A stretch of DNA of 32,000 bases from Psychrobacter sp. HD31 (GTDB lineage: Bacteria; Pseudomonadota; Gammaproteobacteria; Pseudomonadales; Moraxellaceae). This document shows, in pieces, positions 26,083-32,000 of this stretch; the stretch's first letter is position 1; each line of letters begins with the position of its first letter. The notes beneath the pieces were generated by a model that made no database searches, was not told where the DNA came from, and worked only from the letters and a program-made list of their open reading frames with translations. Location of the stretch: positions 30,001 to 62,000 of the forward strand of contig NZ_CP142525.1 in the NCBI RefSeq assembly GCF_051097895.1. The letters are read 5' to 3'. The position numbers were made by a program, and so were the translations under genes.

Positions 26083-27264
26083 TTACACAAGTTCAATTGC
26101 AACAGCGACGGCTTCACCACCACCAATACATAATGATGCAACGCCTTTAGTACCACCAGTACGTTTTAGTGAGTTCATTAGCGTAACTAAAATACGAGCG
26201 CCAGAACAACCAATTGGGTGACCTAATGCACAAGCACCGCCTTCAACATTGACTTTTGCATGGTCGATGTTTAGTTCATCCATTGCTGCCATAGTTACCA
26301 TAGCAAAAGCTTCGTTAATTTCCCAAAGGTCAACATCGTCTACTGTCCAGCCAGCTTTTTCTAGCACTTTTTCCATAGAGCCAATCGGTGCAATTGTAAA
26401 CTCGCTTGGATGACGTGAATTAGTAGCATGGGCAACAATACGTGCTTGCACGTTTAACCCTTTTGCATCTGCAACGCTTTGTTTGGTGACAACAACAGCA
26501 GCACCACCATCTGAAATTGAACTAGAGTTAGCAGCTGTTACAGTACCATCTTTTGCAAATGCAGGGCGCAAAGTTGGGATTTTGTCGATACGTGCTTTAC
26601 CAGGCTGTTCATCCGTATCAACAACGATGTCGCCTTTACGGGTTTTAATCGTTACTGGTACAACTTCATCGCTAAAGTGACCTTCGTTAATCGCTGTATT
26701 AGCACGGTTTAATGATTCGATAGCAAAGTTATCCATTTGTTCACGTGTGATGCCACGCTCATCTGCCATTGATTGCGCAAATTGCCCCATTAATTTGCCT
26801 GTTTCTGCATCTTCTAAGCCGTCGGCAAACATGTGATCTTTAACTGCATTATGCCCCATGCGATAACCAGCACGAGCTTGTGGCATGATGTAAGGGGCAT
26901 TGGTCATAGACTCCATACCACCGGCAACAACAATATCAGCACTACCAGCTTTAATCGTATCATGTGCTTGCATTACCGCTTTTAGTGCAGAGCCACAAAG
27001 CTTATTAATTGTAATTGCGCCAGTTGAGTCAGGGATACCAGCACCACGCATTGCTTGGCGGGCAGGACCTTGTCCAACACCTGCACCTAATACGCAGCCC
27101 ATAATAACTTCATCAATTTCTGCAGGATTAACACCAGCACGTTCAACGGCTGCTTCAATAGCAACGGCACCAAGTTGAGGCGACGTTGCGTTAGACATAG
27201 CGCCTTGAAAACCACCCATAGGGGTACGTGCATTACTGACAATGACAATAGAATCTGTTGACAT
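26083..27264 (-). CDS. Acetyl-CoA C-acetyltransferase (thiolase II)
   Basis: NKLCGSALKA (active-site Cys), GHPIGCSGARIL and CIGGGEAVA motifs are present. The ATG at 27264 is preceded by a GAGGAAG RBS, and the ORF-track GTG at 27279 overlaps that RBS. Confidence 0.92.
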   Translation of the reverse strand: MSTDSIVIVSNARTPMGGFQGAMSNATSPQLGAVAIEAAVERAGVNPAEIDEVIMGCVLGAGVGQGPARQAMRGAGIPDSTGAITINKLCGSALKAVMQAHDTIKAGSADIVVAGGMESMTNAPYIMPQARAGYRMGHNAVKDHMFADGLEDAETGKLMGQFAQSMADERGITREQMDNFAIESLNRANTAINEGHFSDEVVPVTIKTRKGDIVVDTDEQPGKARIDKIPTLRPAFAKDGTVTAANSSSISDGGAAVVVTKQSVADAKGLNVQARIVAHATNSRHPSEFTIAPIGSMEKVLEKAGWTVDDVDLWEINEAFAMVTMAAMDELNIDHAKVNVEGGACALGHPIGCSGARILVTLMNSLKRTGGTKGVASLCIGGGEAVAVAIELV

Positions 27265-27370
27265 ATTTAACTTCCTCACTTTAATGTTAGTGTATATAAC
27301 GATCTAAATGGGTGCCCGGTTTTTGGTAACAACAAAATAATGATGCCAAATAAATGGGCGTAAAAATAAC

Positions 27371-27406
27371 TAAAAAAATGACGCATTGAATTGTCAACAC
27401 GTCATT
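27371..27406 (-). terminator. Rho-independent terminator after hom (minus strand)
   Basis: AATGACG and CGTCATT form a 7-bp stem with a 16-nt loop, followed on the minus strand by TTTTTTT. Confidence 0.55.
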
Positions 27407-27410
27407 AATC

Positions 27411-28736
27411 CTAATCTTCATCAAGCTCTTCTAAACGGATACGAACGACTTCATCGGTTACGGTATCTAGTTTTTCAATTTGTGCAATTGCTTGGTTCAT
27501 TTTTTGAGCAATGATTGGTTGAGTTAATATAATCACAGGCACATGACCAGCTTTATGGGCAGGTTGCTGTAATATAGCATCTATATTAATGCCTGATTCA
27601 CTCAATATACGGGTTACATCAGCTAAAACACCTGGGTGATCTTCTGTATGTAATCGTAAATAGTAGCCAGAAGTAATTTGTTCTGGTGATAAAATTTTAT
27701 AGTCAGTTAACAACTCAGGTTGGAATGATAGGTGCTCTACATGATGTCCATTGTTATCCGTATTTAAGACACGAATCAAATCCATGACATCGGCAACAAC
27801 GGCTGATGCTGTTGCGCCAGCACCGGCACCGGCACCATAGTATAGGCTTTGCCCTAATGGATGAGAGTTAACCAGTACCGCATTTTTAACACCATTTACA
27901 CTGGCTAAAAGTTTGTCTTCTGGTATTAGGGTTGGGTGCACACGCAATTCGATGGCATCGGTACCATCTGGCTGTTGGCGACGTACGGCAAGCCCTAAAT
28001 GTTTAATGCGGTAGCCCAAGTCTTCGGCATACTCTACGTCTTGTGTGGTGATTTTGGTAATACCTTCGCAATACACTTGATCAAACGCAAGTGGCATGCC
28101 AAAGGCGATAGAGGCAAGTAATGCTAATTTGTGGGCGGCGTCTATTCCTTCTACGTCAAAGGTTGGATCTGCCTCTGCATAGCCAAGTTCTTGTGCTTCT
28201 TCTAGCACATCGGCAAATGACCGACCTTTATCACGCATTTCTGTCATAATAAAGTTGCCTGTCCCATTGATGATACCTGCCAGCCAATCTATTTTATTAG
28301 ATGCTAAAGACTCACGCAGTACTTTAATAATAGGGATACCACCAGCAACTGATGCCTCGTAAGTCACATGTACCTTGTTTGCTTCTGCCAAATTAAATAG
28401 CTCATTGCCATGTTCGGCCAGTAAAGCTTTATTCGCGGTAACAACATGTTTGCCGTGTGTAATAGCATGAGTAATCACATCTTTAGCAACGGTTGTGCCA
28501 CCAATAAGCTCAATAACAATATCAACATCATCACTTTCGCAAATTGAGAATAAATCGTCAGTTTGCTTAATGCTTGTATCTATGTCGTCACGATGTTTTC
28601 TTGTACCGACTTGGCTAATAACAATATTATAGCCACTGCGGCGTTTAAGTTCGTTTAAGTTATCTTGCAGTAAATGCACAACACCTGTGCCAACTGTACC
28701 AAGTCCAAGGATGGCAAGTTTTATTGAATTGTTCAC
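27411..28736 (-). CDS. hom: Homoserine dehydrogenase with C-terminal ACT domain
   Basis: 441 aa with the N-terminal LGLGTVGTG NAD motif and an ACT-like C-terminus (YYLRLHTEDHPGVLADVTRILSESGINI). The GTG start has a GAGGA RBS 5 nt upstream. Confidence 0.92.
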   Translation of the reverse strand: MNNSIKLAILGLGTVGTGVVHLLQDNLNELKRRSGYNIVISQVGTRKHRDDIDTSIKQTDDLFSICESDDVDIVIELIGGTTVAKDVITHAITHGKHVVTANKALLAEHGNELFNLAEANKVHVTYEASVAGGIPIIKVLRESLASNKIDWLAGIINGTGNFIMTEMRDKGRSFADVLEEAQELGYAEADPTFDVEGIDAAHKLALLASIAFGMPLAFDQVYCEGITKITTQDVEYAEDLGYRIKHLGLAVRRQQPDGTDAIELRVHPTLIPEDKLLASVNGVKNAVLVNSHPLGQSLYYGAGAGAGATASAVVADVMDLIRVLNTDNNGHHVEHLSFQPELLTDYKILSPEQITSGYYLRLHTEDHPGVLADVTRILSESGINIDAILQQPAHKAGHVPVIILTQPIIAQKMNQAIAQIEKLDTVTDEVVRIRLEELDED

Positions 28737-28773
28737 AAAATCCTCAATAATTAGTTTTGTTAAAGTTTAATTT

Positions 28774-29571
28774 TTAAAGTCCTAAAGCATTTGCAATTTG
28801 TTCTGGTGGTAAATAGCCACCAATTTGTTCGCCACTTTCGGTAAATAATGCTGGGGTACCTTGTACACCTAAGCTAAAGCCAATTTCTGTATGTTGTTGT
28901 ATTGGCGTTTCACATTTTGGTGATTGTGCGCCATTTTCGGTAATAGCGGCGGCAAAGGCGGTTTTTTTGTCATCACTACACCAAATTGACTGCATAATCG
29001 GTTCTGCTGTTTGGTTACGTGGCCAAGCTAGATAACGTACTTCTATGCCTTTTGCGTTAATATCACCAAGCTCCTCATGTAGTTTTTGGCAATAAGGGCA
29101 AGTTGGGTCGGTAAAGGCATAAATAATGCCTTTGGTCTCGCCTTTAGCAGGGTAAATAATCATCTCATCTGTATTAATTGCCGCTAACTTTTGTTTTGCA
29201 ACTTCTGCAATCATATCTGCACCAATATCAGTAGGTTTGTCTGTCCCTACGGCAATGATTGGTCCCTGAATGATATGTTGACCTGTGGCATCAGTAAAAA
29301 ATGGAGGCATGCCTTGTGCATTAACCCAATAAATACCGTCAACTTTCGTGGCTTTGGTAGCAATAATGTTAGCGTCAATACCCGAAGCAATTAAGTTGTT
29401 TTGTAAGTTTGCTGCTAAATCTTGATTTGTTGTTGTGGTCGCTGTGTTTTCGGTTGTTGTATTAGAAGATGGTTCGCCATCTTTATTATTTGCACAACCA
29501 ACTAAACCCGCTGATAAAAAAGTGGCTAGGGCAGTGGCTAGCAAGGTTTTGGTTAGTCCAAAATTTATCAT
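28774..29571 (-). CDS. dsbC: DsbC/DsbG-family thiol:disulfide interchange protein, predicted lipoprotein
   Basis: It has the thioredoxin motif FTDPTCPYCQKLH and the signal-plus-lipobox LSAGLVGC, followed by a Thr/Asn-rich linker. Confidence 0.82.
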   Translation of the reverse strand: MINFGLTKTLLATALATFLSAGLVGCANNKDGEPSSNTTTENTATTTTNQDLAANLQNNLIASGIDANIIATKATKVDGIYWVNAQGMPPFFTDATGQHIIQGPIIAVGTDKPTDIGADMIAEVAKQKLAAINTDEMIIYPAKGETKGIIYAFTDPTCPYCQKLHEELGDINAKGIEVRYLAWPRNQTAEPIMQSIWCSDDKKTAFAAAITENGAQSPKCETPIQQHTEIGFSLGVQGTPALFTESGEQIGGYLPPEQIANALGL

Positions 29572-29830
29572 AGTTTTCTCGACTGAAGTGGTTATAAAAT
29601 CTCCTCTATACTATCATATATTGCTAGTTTGGTGTGCTTAATAACGTGCTAATAAACATAAAAAAAGTTAGCGTTAAAACAGGTTTTGGCTATAATTGAA
29701 TTATGAGGTGTTTAGATGCCTTGATACAATTTAAAGCTGATATTATGGCTTAATTTAGGTAAAATGTTGATATATGATTTTATAAAACAAATGTAGGTGC
29801 TCTGTCATTTTACATTGAATAGGAGAAAAT

Positions 29831-30745
29831 ATGGCAATTGCCAGCTTATTAACTTTACTTGACGATATTAGCTTGATTATGGACGATGTGTCTGTAATGA
29901 CAAAAGTTGCTGCTAAAAATACGGCAGGTGTATTGGGGGATGACTTGGCACTAAATGCCGAGCAGGTAACTGGTGTGCGTGCTGAAAGAGAGTTGCCCGT
30001 TGTTTGGGCAGTTGCTAAAGGCTCCTTTATTAATAAGCTAATTTTAGTACCCGCAGCATTGGCATTGAGTTGGGTTTATCCACCGCTCATTACTTTTTTA
30101 CTAATGTGTGGTGGTTTATTTTTATGTTACGAAGGTGCAGAAAAAGTATTACACAAATTTTGGCCACATTTGTTAGCACATGATGAAGCGCATGAAGCCC
30201 ATAAAAAAGCCAATGCCGATGATAGTGTTGATATGGTTGAATTTGAAAAAAATAAAATTAAGGGTGCGATTCGTACAGACTTTATTTTATCGGCAGAGAT
30301 TATTGTTATTGCCTTAGGCTCAGCTGTTGGAGCGAGTTTGTTAACTAAGTCTATTATGCTGGCAATTGTTGCAATTGGTATTACGATAGGGGTATATGGG
30401 TTGGTTGCCTTGTTAGTAAAAATGGATGATGCGGGACTGCATCTAACTAAAACCAATAGCAAAGCAAAACAACAAGTGGGTCACTTATTATTGATGGCAG
30501 CACCAAAACTGATGAAGTTTTTATCTATTGCAGGTACAGTTGCAATGTTTTTAGTTGGTGGTGGTATTTTAGTGCATGGTTTTAGTTTTTTACATCATGG
30601 TGTCAAACATATGGCCGAATTTTCTGGTATTTTTGCTGGCGTCACTGAGTCTGTGTTAAACGGATTAGCTGGGCTAGTTATTGGTGTTGTGGTTGTTGCA
30701 ATTATGAGTATTATCGCTCGAGTTAGAGGATACAAGGCGCATTAA
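29831..30745 (+). CDS. yedI: DUF808 inner-membrane protein (YedI family)
   Basis: The N-terminus SLLTLLDDISLIMDDVSVMTKVAAKNTAGVLGDDLALNAEQVTGVRAERELPVVWAVAKGS closely matches my memory of E. coli YedI. The AGGAG RBS is present. Confidence 0.88.
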   Translation: MAIASLLTLLDDISLIMDDVSVMTKVAAKNTAGVLGDDLALNAEQVTGVRAERELPVVWAVAKGSFINKLILVPAALALSWVYPPLITFLLMCGGLFLCYEGAEKVLHKFWPHLLAHDEAHEAHKKANADDSVDMVEFEKNKIKGAIRTDFILSAEIIVIALGSAVGASLLTKSIMLAIVAIGITIGVYGLVALLVKMDDAGLHLTKTNSKAKQQVGHLLLMAAPKLMKFLSIAGTVAMFLVGGGILVHGFSFLHHGVKHMAEFSGIFAGVTESVLNGLAGLVIGVVVVAIMSIIARVRGYKAH

Positions 30746-30780
30746 TTAAAACTATATGCATTGAACCATCTTATCAAAAT

Positions 30781-30817
30781 AAAAAAAGCCCCTGTGTATG
30801 TCACAAGGGCTTTTTTT
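30781..30817. terminator. Bidirectional rho-independent terminator between yedI and the convergent acidic-protein gene
   Basis: An A-run, GCCCCTGTG, a short loop, CACAAGGGC and a T-run occur in that order. Confidence 0.75.
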
Positions 30818-30851
30818 ATGTATCACTTTTTTATAAAAGGTGAATCTTTAG

Positions 30852-32000
30852 TTATTTGTCGGTATCTTTTTTCTTGCGGCTACGAGTTTTTGGAATCGTA
30901 GGCGTTGATAAGAATAAAGAGTTACTCACCGTTTTTGTGGATAATTGCTCAGAAACGTTTGCAAGCATATCACGGTATTCATCAAATGAAGTTTTACCAC
31001 GTTCTGGGTCATCAGCCTCATCTTCTGAAGAAACCTGCTCAGGTGATGATACCTCATCCACTTCTTCTTTAGGCAAGATTGTTTCAGAAACTTCTGTATG
31101 CTCGCCATCTTGTTGATGAGCTACTTCTGCCTCGTTAGCAGGTTCATCATCGGATAAAGATGTTTCTTCTTCAGCAAGCAATTGACCAAATGCTGCATCA
31201 AAAGCATCAGGCGTTTGGTTAGCGGTATCTGCAGACTCAGCAGGCTTTGCGTCCTCTTCGGTTACAGCAACATCCAATGTAACTTCTTCAACAGGTTCAG
31301 CAATAATTGGCTCTGGTTCAACATAATCGGGGTGTTGACCGCGTGGGTCGTTTGCCGCACGCTTACCAATGGCAGTTGGTTCAACCGCTGTTTTGCCTTG
31401 CACTGCATTAAACTGAGCAACAGGTTGCGTCATGGCAGTAAAATTAGCCAAATATTCAGGCATTAATGGTTCATATCCATAGTTGCTAAAATCAAAGTCA
31501 GCGAGGTTAGCTTCAGCATTGGTATCAGCTGCTGACACTGCGCTGTTTTGAGTTTTTGCTACTGCCTGGATAAAGCAAGCAATTACCCCATCTTTTGCAA
31601 GATGAGCTTCTGCATCCTCTAATGTCGCACGGATGAACTCACCCACATTTCCCTTAATCGGCTGATTTGCTAGTGGGGCAGTGACAGCTTGTGTTTGTGC
31701 TAAATTAGCTCTCACAACACGAGGGTCATTTTTTGCCTGTGCAAACTTATGGGCAGTGATGTAACGGTCTGCAAAAATATCTGCAAACAGGTAGGCAGCC
31801 GCAGATTCGTTTTTATCAGAGTGGTTGCTTTCAACACTGTCAACTTTGCCAGCTTTTACATTGCTCGCTTCAACACTGGGTTCCTCTGGTGTCGCCAATG
31901 TGCTTGCATTACTTGTGCTATTGGTAACGTCAGAAGTTGCTTTGTGTTCTGGCTTAGTTTTATTTTGCTTAGCTTGTTTGCTTAAGGCAGCTGGTAAGTT
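30852..32000 (-). CDS. Acidic low-complexity protein, C-terminal 382 codons; the gene continues beyond the window end
   Basis: The minus-strand frame stays open from 32000 (NLPAALSKQAKQNK...), and the ORF-track start at 31898 is only an internal TTG. The sequence is Glu/Asp/Ala-rich, has two NDPR motifs and ends in a basic tail, RSRKKKDTDK. I do not recognise the family with confidence. Confidence 0.6.
   Translation of the reverse strand, partial: NLPAALSKQAKQNKTKPEHKATSDVTNSTSNASTLATPEEPSVEASNVKAGKVDSVESNHSDKNESAAAYLFADIFADRYITAHKFAQAKNDPRVVRANLAQTQAVTAPLANQPIKGNVGEFIRATLEDAEAHLAKDGVIACFIQAVAKTQNSAVSAADTNAEANLADFDFSNYGYEPLMPEYLANFTAMTQPVAQFNAVQGKTAVEPTAIGKRAANDPRGQHPDYVEPEPIIAEPVEEVTLDVAVTEEDAKPAESADTANQTPDAFDAAFGQLLAEEETSLSDDEPANEAEVAHQQDGEHTEVSETILPKEEVDEVSSPEQVSSEDEADDPERGKTSFDEYRDMLANVSEQLSTKTVSNSLFLSTPTIPKTRSRKKKDTDK

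Noticed and set aside
25991-26221. A 76-aa plus-strand ORF overlaps the thiolase 3' end and its terminator.
   Set aside because: It starts with a non-ATG codon inside a terminator region and then runs antisense to a conserved thiolase segment. It is spurious.
1-32000. I looked across the whole window for CRISPR arrays, integrases, transposases, restriction-modification genes or toxin-antitoxin pairs.
   Set aside because: None were found. There are no regularly spaced direct repeats and no ORFs with recombinase, transposase or methyltransferase motifs.

Overview
This is a chromosomal window from a low-GC gammaproteobacterium. My guess is Moraxellaceae, from gene order and composition, but that is unverified. 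All calls come from manual reading; no searches or computations were run. Most of the window is housekeeping: the 3' end of prpE; a valine/isobutyryl-CoA catabolic operon (mmsA, acyl-CoA dehydrogenase, enoyl-CoA hydratase, 3-hydroxyisobutyryl-CoA hydrolase, mmsB); ylqF/rbgA; a ybcJ-like S4 protein; a CPBP protease; uvrB; a flavin monooxygenase; ohrR-nitroreductase-ohr; argF; alr; dnaB; pdxA-rsmA-apaH; tRNA-Lys(UUU); a thiolase; hom; a dsbC-like lipoprotein; yedI (DUF808); and a truncated acidic protein. The unusual content sits in two places. (1) Every intergenic gap of the valine operon holds foreign-looking material. This includes a DUF559 (Vsr-like nuclease) gene bracketed by 35-bp inverted repeats (34/35 match) that each fold into their own hairpin, with a decayed copy of the cassette's right end upstream. 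It also includes two copies of a ~170-220 bp ORF-less structured repeat with compensatory stem changes, a PhnB-like VOC gene, and an AT-rich orphan ORF followed by a broken gene. (2) A strongly AT-rich DUF2971 gene is wedged just downstream of uvrB. I saw no CRISPR array, transposase, integrase or recognisable named defence system.
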